IMG/VR virus record: IMGVR_UViG_3300037467_001087
Span: 1-46,122 of that record
Reading direction: 5' to 3' (one strand)
DNA length: 46,122 bases
Source of the DNA: a virus
Lineage: Duplodnaviria > Caudoviricetes
The notes under the pieces are model-generated. The model saw nothing but the letters and a program-made list of their open reading frames with translations. It ran no database searches and had not been told where the DNA came from. The translations under genes were made by a program, and so were the position numbers. The stretch's first letter is position 1. Every line of letters starts with the position of its first letter. Below, piece by piece: positions 17,284-25,681 of this stretch.

Positions 17284-18379
17284 AATCGTCCCCGAAGCCG
17301 AAACCGGCACCGACCTGATCGTCGCTGAAGCGCAACGCAATGCCGTCGCGCTCTTCACCGACGAGCAAAAATATGACGAGTTCTACAAGCGCGTTCGCGA
17401 CAGCGTCTCCGGCTTCGTCCCCGACGTGACCACCGACAAGGGGCGCCGCGAGGTCGCCAGCGTCGCGTTCCGCGTCACCAAGGCGAAAACTACGCTCGAC
17501 AAGGCCGGCCTGGCGCTGACGGAGGAGTGGCGCCAAAAGACGAACGCCGTCAACGCTGCCCGCAAGAAGATGGTCACGCAGCTCGACGCGCTGGCCGATG
17601 AAATCCGCCAACCGCTTACCGAGTGGGAGCAGCAGGAGGCCGAACGTCAGGCCCGCGTCGACGACGTGATCCAGAAGCTGCGGAATGCTGCAACCGTCGC
17701 GGAGGGCGAAACGGCGGCTGACGTCGAGGCCCGCCTGAAGCGGATTACAGAATTCGAGCCCGACGAAGCCGTCTTCCAAGTGCGCATCGCCGAAGCTCGC
17801 GACACGCGGGATGCCACGGCCGCGAGTCTCGAACGCTCCGTCTTGCGGCTGCGCCAGGAAGAGGCGGACCGCGTCGAGCTGGAACGGCTGCGTCGTGAAG
17901 CGGCGGAACGCGAGGAGGCCGAACGTATCGCCCGCGAGGAGCGCGAGCGTGAAGAACAGGAACGACTGGCCCGCGAAGCCGAGGAGCGTGCACGGATCGA
18001 GGCTGAAGAGCGTCGCAAGGCCGAAATAGCAGCCGCCGAGGAGCGGGCCCGAGTTGAGGCCGAAGAGCGCGCCCGGGCCGAGGAGCGGCGCGTCGCTGAA
18101 GAACAACTGGCCGAAGAACGCCGCGCTCGCGAAGCTGCCGAACGCGAAGCCGACGAACGCCGCCGCGCCGAAGAAGAGCGCGCGGCGTGGGAGGCCAAGG
18201 AAAAGAGAGAGCGCGAGGCTCGCGAAGCCGACGAACGACATCGAAAAGCCGTGCTTGCCGAAGTCGCAGAGGACATCGCCGCTTCGTTGTTCACCGCGCC
18301 CGAGAAGGCGGACGTGGCCCAGGCGCTCGCCAATGCGATCGCCGCCGGCAATATCCGCCATGTCAGGGTGGAGTTCTGA
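17267..18379 (+). CDS. long coiled-coil phage protein
   Basis: DVTTDKGRREVASVA..V.KAKT N-terminal domain and an E/R/A-rich helix; AGGAG RBS. Confidence 0.8.
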   Translation: MATAAEIVPEAETGTDLIVAEAQRNAVALFTDEQKYDEFYKRVRDSVSGFVPDVTTDKGRREVASVAFRVTKAKTTLDKAGLALTEEWRQKTNAVNAARKKMVTQLDALADEIRQPLTEWEQQEAERQARVDDVIQKLRNAATVAEGETAADVEARLKRITEFEPDEAVFQVRIAEARDTRDATAASLERSVLRLRQEEADRVELERLRREAAEREEAERIAREEREREEQERLAREAEERARIEAEERRKAEIAAAEERARVEAEERARAEERRVAEEQLAEERRAREAAEREADERRRAEEERAAWEAKEKREREAREADERHRKAVLAEVAEDIAASLFTAPEKADVAQALANAIAAGNIRHVRVEF

Positions 18380-18798
18380 TGACCCAGCCCGAACCGCCGC
18401 ACCGCCACAACGGCGGGCCGCTCAGCGATGAGGACGCTCGGCGGCTGTGGAACCACGTTCGCGCGCTCGAGAACCTCGAGGAGCAGAAGGCCGACCTTAA
18501 CCTGGACATCAAGGCGCGCAAGGAACTGGCGAAGGCCGACGGGTTCGACACCAACATCGTCGGCATCATCCTGAAGCGACGGAAGGCCGGCGCCGGCGAG
18601 ACCTATGCGGCCGACACCTTGCTCAAGCTCTACGAGGAAGCGCTCGAGGAGCAGGGCGTGTTGCCGCTCGAGAAGACGCGCGCCGCCCAGCCGCAACGAA
18701 GATCGACGGAGCAGATCGCGCAAGACCTGCACGGCGAAGAAGCGCCGGAGAACGTCCGGCTTTCACAGCAAGGAGAAGAGAAACATGGCGTCCATTGA
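18379..18798 (+). CDS. gapR: GapR/DUF2312 nucleoid-associated protein homologue
   Basis: ENLEEQKADLNLDIK...AKADGFDTNIVGIILKRRK...LKLYEEAL matches the GapR pattern. Confidence 0.85.
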   Translation: MTQPEPPHRHNGGPLSDEDARRLWNHVRALENLEEQKADLNLDIKARKELAKADGFDTNIVGIILKRRKAGAGETYAADTLLKLYEEALEEQGVLPLEKTRAAQPQRRSTEQIAQDLHGEEAPENVRLSQQGEEKHGVH

Positions 18799-19087
18799 CG
18801 AAGGTGCTGTGCGGTCTGCGCAACCGCCCCGGGAAAAGCCGTCCGAGGAAGTGATCGCTACAATCGAGCAGCTGAACAATCGGCTGTCGGGACTAGCTGC
18901 GAATTTGGCGGACCTGCGCGAGCGCGTGTCAGGGTCGCGCCCGCCGGAGCAGGGCAACCGCGACGTGGCCGCCACGGCGTTCGCTATCGGGGGCTTCGTC
19001 GGGAGCGCCGGCCAAGGGCTCGAAAGGGCGCACGCGCTCGTCGGCGACATCGAAACCACGCTGTCCAACATCGTCGACGTAATTTAA
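18785..19087 (+). CDS. hypothetical protein
   Basis: AAGGAG RBS; MASIDEG... Confidence 0.65.
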   Translation: MASIDEGAVRSAQPPREKPSEEVIATIEQLNNRLSGLAANLADLRERVSGSRPPEQGNRDVAATAFAIGGFVGSAGQGLERAHALVGDIETTLSNIVDVI

Positions 19088-19150
19088 CCCGGCTCCCCAA
19101 GGGGCGGCGGCCCGACTCCCCGCCGCCCCACCCACAGCCAAGGAACCGAG

Positions 19151-20020
19151 ATGACCCTAACCCTCACCGAAGCCGCCGACCGCTGGGCCGAATATCGCGG
19201 CCGTTGCGTCAGTCTCGGCCTGGTCGCCGCTTCGACGTTCAGCAACCAGCGGCAGATCGTCGGCGCCGCGATCCTGCCAAGCCTGGGCGCGATGCAGATC
19301 GACGCGATCCACAAGTCGGACGTGACGCTGTGGGTCGGCGAGCGGCTGCAGACCCGGGCCCCAGTGACCGTCCGCGCCGAGCTTAACGTGCTTCGGCAGA
19401 TCCTGAATTGGTGCGTCGACGAGCAGCTGCTTGGCGCCCGCCCGCGGCTCCCGACCGTGCAGGTGCCGAACGTCGAGGAAGCGCTGCCGAGCGACGCCGC
19501 GTTCCTGTGGGCGCTGAAGTCCGTGCCCGAGCATCACCGCGACGCGCTCGAGCTGATGATGCTGACCGGCCTGTCGCCGCATGAAGCCGAGCGCCTGCAG
19601 GTCCGCGACTTCGACCTGGGCCGTCTCGCGCTGGGCGTCGGCCAGCGTCCAGACTTCAAGGTGAAGACCCCGAGCCGTCGTCGCTTGGTGCCGCTCAACA
19701 AGCGCGCGCTGGCACTGTGGCGCCGGCTGACCAACGGCAAGCGCCCGCTCGACAATGCGCTGCCGTCCAGCTGTTCGATGCAGAAGGCGATCGCGCGCGC
19801 CCGACACGGCGATCCTGATGCGCCGGCCGATGCGCGCCGCGTCACCCCGAAGCTGATGCGCCAGTGGTTCGCGAGCGAAGTCACGAACGACGGCGAGGTC
19901 CCCGAGAAGGTGCTGCAGCGCCTGATGGGGCACGCGCCTGGGTCGAAGATCACGAGGCGGCATTACATCCGATCGACGGACGAGCAGATGAAGCAAGCCG
20001 TGGGAGGGCTGAGGGCGTGA
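19151..20020 (+). CDS. tyrosine recombinase-like protein with altered catalytic residues
   Basis: Core-binding plus catalytic fold (LTGLSPHE, KT, PKLMR, LMGH, RHY); no arm-binding domain. Confidence 0.8.
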   Translation: MTLTLTEAADRWAEYRGRCVSLGLVAASTFSNQRQIVGAAILPSLGAMQIDAIHKSDVTLWVGERLQTRAPVTVRAELNVLRQILNWCVDEQLLGARPRLPTVQVPNVEEALPSDAAFLWALKSVPEHHRDALELMMLTGLSPHEAERLQVRDFDLGRLALGVGQRPDFKVKTPSRRRLVPLNKRALALWRRLTNGKRPLDNALPSSCSMQKAIARARHGDPDAPADARRVTPKLMRQWFASEVTNDGEVPEKVLQRLMGHAPGSKITRRHYIRSTDEQMKQAVGGLRA

Positions 20021-20346
20021 CCCAACAAACTGTAGAGCTACCGATTGTCGAGCTTAAGCCGTGTCCGTTTTGGGGGCACGACTTGGCGCAAGTTTTCTAT
20101 GACACGGAAGCACGGGCCTTCAGGGTTGTGTGTCAGGAATGCGGGGCTAGCACTGGCGCTGGTCCTCGATTGGCTGTCGTCACCGCATGGAACACCCGCC
20201 CCGAAGATAATCTCATCAAGGAAGAGGTAGAGGCGCTGAAGCGAATTGCAGCCAGCGACATTAACGATCCGAACACATTGCATCCGAGCGCCTGTGCCAA
20301 TGTCGCCCGCGCCACCCTCACTAAGCTAACCGGGGAAAAGCAATGA
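20017..20346 (+). CDS. Lar-family restriction alleviation protein
   Basis: LKPCPFWG...VVCQECGA...AWNTR. Confidence 0.75.
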   Translation: MTQQTVELPIVELKPCPFWGHDLAQVFYDTEARAFRVVCQECGASTGAGPRLAVVTAWNTRPEDNLIKEEVEALKRIAASDINDPNTLHPSACANVARATLTKLTGEKQ

Positions 20347-20840
20347 GCAAGGATGAGCTACTGGCGCTGGCCGAGCGGCGAGACGCCAATGGCAGGCTCA
20401 AGGCAATTCCGCTTGAGTTACGATTTTGGGCCAAAGTTGAGAGACGCGGGCCGAACGAGTGCTGGCCTTGGAAGGGTTTTGTAAGCTCCAATGGCTATGG
20501 CCAGATTGGAGTTGCAGCAGGCAGGATTCGGGGCGCGCACCGAATAGCTTACGAGCTGGCAGCAGGACCAATTCCTGACGGAATGCAACTGGACCACACT
20601 TGTCGCAATCGACGCTGCGTCAACCCCGCCCACTTAGAACCTGTCACCCCTGGCGAAAATACACGGCGCGGGAATGCCGGATTGCACCGCCGAGTTGAAG
20701 CTGCGGCGATCACCAATTGCCCTGCGGGACACCCATACACCGAGGAGAACACCTATGTCAGCAAACAAGGAAAACGCTCCTGCCGGGCCTGCAAGCGCAT
20801 CAGGGACGACCTTCGCCGGAACCTCCGAAAAGCTCCTTGA
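20343..20840 (+). CDS. HNH homing-type endonuclease
   Basis: RFWAKV, CWPW.G, AHRIAY, DHTCRNRRCVNPAHLEPVT..EN, CP.GH.Y...CRAC. Confidence 0.92.
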   Translation: MSKDELLALAERRDANGRLKAIPLELRFWAKVERRGPNECWPWKGFVSSNGYGQIGVAAGRIRGAHRIAYELAAGPIPDGMQLDHTCRNRRCVNPAHLEPVTPGENTRRGNAGLHRRVEAAAITNCPAGHPYTEENTYVSKQGKRSCRACKRIRDDLRRNLRKAP

Positions 20841-21255
20841 TCTCGCCTCTCGGTGCGAGAAGGCGACGGGGCCGAGCTGTCACCTCGACACGCAAATCTT
20901 CATACTGCTCGATCCCGATGCTCAACACATCGTGGGCCAGAAACCGGGGCCTTGGCCGCAGGAGGCTATCTATGGCCCGCGCTCGACCTATTGGGAGTGG
21001 GCGCTGGACGAAAGCAAAGAGCCACCACAGTTCGCGGCGATCCCGCACTACACCGCCTCCCTCGACGCAGCAATGACGCTGGTGCCGGAGGGGCATGAAT
21101 GGTTGAAGCTCTCTCCCTTCACAGCGAGCATTTACCATTTTGTCGAGGACGACAAAGAGTGGGCGAAACACATTGAGGCAAAGGGCAACACGTTCCCTCT
21201 AGCTCTGTGCGCCGCCGCCCTGAAAGCCCGCACCCATAAGGAGGAAGCATCGTGA
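20755..21255 (+). CDS. hypothetical phage protein
   Basis: GAGGAG RBS inside the HNH gene; RCEKATGP..LD, PHYTASLDAA.TLVP, ALCAAALKAR. Confidence 0.75.
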   Translation: MSANKENAPAGPASASGTTFAGTSEKLLDLASRCEKATGPSCHLDTQIFILLDPDAQHIVGQKPGPWPQEAIYGPRSTYWEWALDESKEPPQFAAIPHYTASLDAAMTLVPEGHEWLKLSPFTASIYHFVEDDKEWAKHIEAKGNTFPLALCAAALKARTHKEEAS

Positions 21256-21425
21256 GCACGACTGATTGGAAGCTCATTGAGAGCGAGGTTCCGTGCCGCG
21301 AGTGTAAGGTGGCGGGGCAGATTGAACACTCGACGTGGGAAAGCTCCTGCGGCGGCTATGAGGACGAGCATTATCGTTGCAAGGCTTGCGGCGCTGATTG
21401 GTGGATAGAGGGACCTGATGCATGA
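21252..21425 (+). CDS. small Zn-ribbon protein (57 aa, not in ORF track)
   Basis: GTGA/ATGA overlaps; CREC...WESSCGGYED..YRCKACG..WW. Confidence 0.7.
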   Translation: MSTTDWKLIESEVPCRECKVAGQIEHSTWESSCGGYEDEHYRCKACGADWWIEGPDA

Positions 21426-21769
21426 CCGACAAGCCGCGCCCAGAAAGGATCAGCATGACCGACAAGCCGACACCGTTCGCTTACGCGTATCGCTATCCGA
21501 CATATCCCCCTGAAGGCGCGACGGTAATTCGCTTTGGGACTGGCGGGTGCGAAATCAACGGCAGCAAGCCCATCGAAGCGATCCCGCTTTTCACCGCCGA
21601 CCAGATCACCGCCATGCACCAAGCCTCCGATACAGGGGACGATGATGCGGAGTGGCTGCGGCGCAAGCTCGCGAACGGCTTTCATGGCGCGATCAGCGAA
21701 GAAACCGCCGCGCGGCTCGAACGCATCGCCGACCGCCTCCAAGCCAAAGCTCATGAAGGGGAAGGATGA
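21422..21769 (+). CDS. hypothetical protein
   Basis: Coupled ORF; duplicated MTDKP start. Confidence 0.6.
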   Translation: MTDKPRPERISMTDKPTPFAYAYRYPTYPPEGATVIRFGTGGCEINGSKPIEAIPLFTADQITAMHQASDTGDDDAEWLRRKLANGFHGAISEETAARLERIADRLQAKAHEGEG

Positions 21770-22275
21770 TGGGCGATCTGTTCTCAGGATCGTCAGCCGT
21801 AATTTCCGAGTGCGGTCGCTATCGCTACCGGCTTGAGCGCGATGGACCGGGCGAAGGCCGCACGGTCGTCATCATGGTCAATCCGTCCACGGCGGACGCC
21901 GAGCAGGATGATGCCACGATCCGCAAGCTGAAGGGCTTCGGCGCCCGCAACCAGTGGGGCCGCATCATCGTCGGCAACCTGTTCGCCTATCGGGCAACGG
22001 ACGTGCGTGAGCTTGCGACCGCTGACGATCCGGTAGGTCCGGAGAACGACGCGGAGCTACGGCGCATCTGCTATAACGCCAAGCAAGTCATAGTCGCGTG
22101 GGGCCCGGTCAGCAAAGTGCCGAAGCGCCTCCGCGAGCGCTGGCGGCAAGTGTGGGAGCTGATCCAATGCTACCCGCCAGTGCTGAGCATCGGCGAACCG
22201 GCCAAATGCGGGCACCCCAAGCACCCGCTCATGCTCGCTTACGACACACCGCTGATCGAATGGACAGCCCCATGA
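21766..22275 (+). CDS. DUF1643 family protein
   Basis: SECGRYRYRL, MVNPSTAD..DD.TI, NLFAYRAT, AWG, P.HPL. Confidence 0.88.
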   Translation: MMGDLFSGSSAVISECGRYRYRLERDGPGEGRTVVIMVNPSTADAEQDDATIRKLKGFGARNQWGRIIVGNLFAYRATDVRELATADDPVGPENDAELRRICYNAKQVIVAWGPVSKVPKRLRERWRQVWELIQCYPPVLSIGEPAKCGHPKHPLMLAYDTPLIEWTAP

Positions 22276-22574
22276 CCCAACCACCCGATAGCCCATTGGT
22301 TGAACAGCGCGAGAAGCTTATTGATTGGCTGAACGCGTTCAAGGCCGACCCATTCTCTACAGGAGCGGACAAGGTTGATCACCTCCTCGCCGTCCTCCAG
22401 CCTCTACTGGATGAGCGGGAGAGATTAAGAGAAGCGCTGCGTATTTTCGTCCACGCTGCTTATCCGGTCGCACCAGAAATCAATGAACGTGGCTATAACT
22501 GGTCGGAAGCCTATTTAGACCAAGCGCTACCTATTGGGCGCGCAGCCCTCGCCGAGAGCAAGGAACCGAAGTGA
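22272..22574 (+). CDS. hypothetical protein
   Basis: ATGA overlap; MTQPPDS... Confidence 0.6.
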   Translation: MTQPPDSPLVEQREKLIDWLNAFKADPFSTGADKVDHLLAVLQPLLDERERLREALRIFVHAAYPVAPEINERGYNWSEAYLDQALPIGRAALAESKEPK

Positions 22575-22840
22575 CCAAGAGCCTGTCGCCGCGCGGCGCG
22601 ATCGCAGCGAAATGCAAATCGTGCATCTACGATCCCATCTCACCGGGCACCTGGCGCGCTCAGGTCGCGGAATGCTCGTCGACCAACTGCCCGTTGCATC
22701 CGTTCCGGCCGGGTCCGATTGCTCAAAAACACGCGAACAAGGCGCCGACTACCGCGCCACCACCTGAGACGCCGGAGCAGGTCGCGGGCAACGCGGACGG
22801 TTCGTTTTTCGACCGGCTCGGGTGCAAAAACGACCAATGA
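22571..22840 (+). CDS. Cys-rich hypothetical protein
   Basis: AI.AKCKSC.YD...V.EC...CPLHPFR. Confidence 0.7.
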   Translation: MTKSLSPRGAIAAKCKSCIYDPISPGTWRAQVAECSSTNCPLHPFRPGPIAQKHANKAPTTAPPPETPEQVAGNADGSFFDRLGCKNDQ

Positions 22841-23019
22841 CTGCGCGCACCAGCTTCAAGCAGGACGACGTCTCCCGCGCCGTTAAGGGCGTAAAGGCGG
22901 CTGGGCTGCAGGTGGCGCGCGTCGTTGTAGTCGAAGGCCGAATTGAGGTTATTGTCGGCGAACCCGACTCGGAGAAGGTAAACCCTTTGGACCGGCTGCT
23001 GAATGGCAAGAAGACCTAA
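22837..23019 (+). CDS. putative excisionase / recombination directionality factor
   Basis: FKQDDVSRAVKGVKAAGL small protein overlapping the start of int. Confidence 0.6.
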   Translation: MTARTSFKQDDVSRAVKGVKAAGLQVARVVVVEGRIEVIVGEPDSEKVNPLDRLLNGKKT

Positions 23020-24088
23020 GCGCGACCCGTACACGACCCTCATGCGCGACCGCCACGGTCGGGAGCGATGCAGGTTCAGACGCAATGGGCAGGACATCTA
23101 CCTGCCCCATCCAGAGCATCCAGATTACAAAGCTGCATACGAAGCGGCTATGGCCGGCGCACCACAGCCGGTCGAGGCGCGCGTTGTCGCTCGGTCGGTC
23201 GGCGACTTGGTTGCCCGCTTCTACCGGAGCGCCAAATTCCTGAAGGCGAGCGAAGCGCACCGCCGCACGGTGCGTAGCATCGTCGAGCCGTTCCGCGTCG
23301 AGTTTGCAAAAGACATGGTGGAGAACTTCAGGTTCGACCACGTCGAAGCCGTCTTGCTCGAGCGAGCCGAGAAACGCGTTATCGGGAAGCGAACTGTCGG
23401 AGGACCAGGCGCCGCGGCGAACCTCCACGATCAGCTGAAGCGCCTCTTCGCCTACGCGATCCGGTTAGGGTGGATCGCTCGCAATCCGGCCGAGGAGGCT
23501 GAATTGCCAGTCAAGGCCGAGCGCGTCGGTTTCCACAGTTGGACCGAAGAGGAAATCACCGCCTTCCAGAAGCGGCACGCGCTGGGCACGAAGGCGCGGC
23601 TGGCGCTCGAGCTCATGCTCTGGACCGGGCTACGCCGCGCTGATGCGGTGCGCGTTGGGCCGCAGCACATCAAAGGAGGCAGGATCCGGCTCACCGCCGG
23701 GAAGACAGGCAAGATGGTCGATGTTCTCGCGGCGCCGCCCTTGGTCGCTGCAATCGTCGCGATGCCGGCGGTCGGCATGACGACCTTGCTCGTGACCGAG
23801 TACGGCCGGCCCTTCACGGTGGCCGGCTTTGGTGGCTGGTTCCGAGAGCGCTGCGACGAAGCGGGCTTGCCGCAGTGCACGGCGCACGGGCTTCGGAAGG
23901 CACTTGCTCGCCGAGCGGCCGACCTGGGCGCCACGCAGCAACAACTGAAGGCGGTCGGCCAGTGGTCGAGCGACTCGGACGTTGCGACGTACACCGCTGA
24001 TGCCGAGCAGCGTGCGTTGGCCGACGCAGCTATTGCGAAAGTAATCGAATGGACGAAAGGATTGTCTAACCCTGCATCTGAAGGTTAG
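23003..24088 (+). CDS. int: integrase (tyrosine recombinase)
   Basis: Complete R-K-H-R-W-Y set (TGLRRAD, GKT, HGLR, GQW, ATY); adjacent to attP. Confidence 0.95.
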   Translation: MARRPKRDPYTTLMRDRHGRERCRFRRNGQDIYLPHPEHPDYKAAYEAAMAGAPQPVEARVVARSVGDLVARFYRSAKFLKASEAHRRTVRSIVEPFRVEFAKDMVENFRFDHVEAVLLERAEKRVIGKRTVGGPGAAANLHDQLKRLFAYAIRLGWIARNPAEEAELPVKAERVGFHSWTEEEITAFQKRHALGTKARLALELMLWTGLRRADAVRVGPQHIKGGRIRLTAGKTGKMVDVLAAPPLVAAIVAMPAVGMTTLLVTEYGRPFTVAGFGGWFRERCDEAGLPQCTAHGLRKALARRAADLGATQQQLKAVGQWSSDSDVATYTADAEQRALADAAIAKVIEWTKGLSNPASEG

Positions 24089-24240
24089 ACAATCTTACCG
24101 CAATTTCCCTCTGCGACGCGCCCCAAGGTGGCAGGAGTGGAGGGACTGAAAGAAGCGAGGAATTTCAATGGATGGTTTGTCCAACCCCGCTCCCGCCGGC
24201 CACGTTACTGCAGAGAGAGCCCGGCGTGGATTGTCTAACC
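24061..24240. mobile_element. attP: arm-type repeats around a tRNA-derived core
   Basis: TTGTCTAACC at 24062, inverted at 24083-24092, TTGTCCAACC at 24177, TTGTCTAACC at 24231. Core TGGCAGGAGTGGAGGGACT (24129-24147) is the reverse complement of a tRNA 3' end ending in CCA, Trp-like. Confidence 0.85.
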
Positions 24241-24292
24241 TTTATGCGGAGCGCGCGCCGGGCGCTCGACATTCTTCGAACGCCCCGCCAAC

Positions 24293-25000
24293 ATGGCTGG
24301 GCCGAATCGCTTGAGCGGGGAGCTCAGCGTGTTTGCGGCGTACCAGCGCATCAGGATCATCAATCTGGCGTCGCGCCGGGATCGGCGGCGGCAGATGAGG
24401 CGTGAATTGAGCCGCGTCGGCCTTGCCGGCGACCGGCGCGTCGCCTTCTTCGAGGCGGTGAAGCCCGACGCCGCGGCACCGTGGCGCAGCATCGGCGAGC
24501 GCGGCTGTTTCGAGAGCCACCTCGCGATCCTGAAGGAAGCCGCCGAGGCCGGCGAGAGCGTCATGATCCTCGAGGACGACGCCGACTTCACCGCGGCGGC
24601 GGGGCTGCGCCGGCCGGAGGTCGACGTCCTTTGGGGCGGCGGCACCTATCACAGCGACGAGCATATCGAGGGAACCCACTGCATCGGCTTTTCCGCGCAA
24701 GCGGCGAAGCGCCTGGTGCCGTTCCTCGAAGGCCTGAAAGGCCATCCGAGCCCACCGCCGATCGACGGCGCCTACGTCTGGTTCAGGCGGGCCAATCCCG
24801 ACATCCGCGTCCACCTCTGCGCGCCGCAGATCGCGGTGCAGCGGCCGTCAGTTTCCGACATCGCCGGAGCGCGCGGCCTGGATCGTTACAGTGTCGCGCG
24901 ACCCGCGCTCGCAGTCCTGCGTCGGATCAAGCGCGAGTGGCGACGACGGCGGCTCAATGGCCGTTCACGTCCACGGCGCTCTGCTTCTTCACCCACTTGA
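24293..25000 (+). CDS. glycosyltransferase family 25
   Basis: IINLASRRDRR, FFEAV, GERGCFESHL, ILEDDADF. Confidence 0.88.
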   Translation: MAGPNRLSGELSVFAAYQRIRIINLASRRDRRRQMRRELSRVGLAGDRRVAFFEAVKPDAAAPWRSIGERGCFESHLAILKEAAEAGESVMILEDDADFTAAAGLRRPEVDVLWGGGTYHSDEHIEGTHCIGFSAQAAKRLVPFLEGLKGHPSPPPIDGAYVWFRRANPDIRVHLCAPQIAVQRPSVSDIAGARGLDRYSVARPALAVLRRIKREWRRRRLNGRSRPRRSASSPT

Positions 25001-25496
25001 TAAGCTCGTCCAGCTGGATCGCCTGCTCGGTCGCCGTCAGGGCGTCTTCGGCAGGAAGTCCACCTTCGCCGGCGGCTTGAGCAGATCGGCCGGCGGGAGC
25101 GGGTACGCCGGGCACTGGCGCTGTTCTGCCACCGCCGGAATTGGCTGCGGCCGTTCCTGACCGCAGGCGCTGAGCAGCAGCACGAGCGCGAGCGTCGGCA
25201 AGGCGAGCTTCGAAGTCATGTGACGTCCTTTCGTTGATTGCACGTTGGTCGGCTAGGACGCGAGCGGCGTTCGCGGCGTCGTCCTTGCGCGCCTGTTCGG
25301 CGGCCACGCGGTAATTCCCGATCGTCTTCTGATGGGCGGTCACTTCGCCGCGGTAGAGCTGTTCGAACTGGCCGCTCTGTTTCTTCCAGTGGCGGGTCTC
25401 GCCCTTCTGGACGACGAGCAGGACGGACAGGGCGAGCATCCCGACGAGGCCGACGATGCCACGCCAGCCGAGGAATTTGAGAGCAGCGGCGGTCAT
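24954..25496 (-). CDS. i-spanin (Rz-like)
   Basis: N-terminal TM plus coiled coil at the end of the lysis cassette; AAGGA RBS before ATG 25496. Confidence 0.75.
   Translation of the reverse strand: MTAAALKFLGWRGIVGLVGMLALSVLLVVQKGETRHWKKQSGQFEQLYRGEVTAHQKTIGNYRVAAEQARKDDAANAARVLADQRAINERTSHDFEARLADARARAAAQRLRSGTAAANSGGGRTAPVPGVPAPAGRSAQAAGEGGLPAEDALTATEQAIQLDELIKWVKKQSAVDVNGH
25037..25219 (-). CDS. o-spanin (Rz1-like) lipoprotein embedded in the i-spanin gene
   Basis: Lipobox LLLSAC, Pro-rich mature part, AAGGA RBS, nested in another frame. Confidence 0.8.
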   Translation of the reverse strand: MTSKLALPTLALVLLLSACGQERPQPIPAVAEQRQCPAYPLPPADLLKPPAKVDFLPKTP

Positions 25497-25681
25497 GCGA
25501 TGTCCTTCCTTCGCGGATAGAGGTTTTTCGTCGACGGCCGGGGCTCGAGCGGCGGCGGCCGGACAGTGACGCAAACGGGATAGTCCGCGTCGACAAGGAG
25601 CGGCTGACGATCACGCTCTGCCGACGGCCCGAAGACCGCCAGCGCGACGAGGGCGAGGAACAGGAGCCTAGCGAGGAGCAT
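25493..25681 (-). CDS. small membrane/secreted protein
   Basis: Hydrophobic N-terminus; within the lysis cassette. Confidence 0.55.
   Translation of the reverse strand: MLLARLLFLALVALAVFGPSAERDRQPLLVDADYPVCVTVRPPPLEPRPSTKNLYPRRKDIA

Noticed and set aside
17860-18240. Repetitive GAG/CGC-rich tract
   Set aside because: Explained by the E/R/A coiled-coil coding sequence.
20343-20840. Group I intron around the HNH gene
   Set aside because: Overlapping ORFs leave no room for a ribozyme core and none was recognised.
24129-24147. tRNA gene
   Set aside because: Only a 19-nt 3' fragment with no D or anticodon arm; interpreted as the att core.
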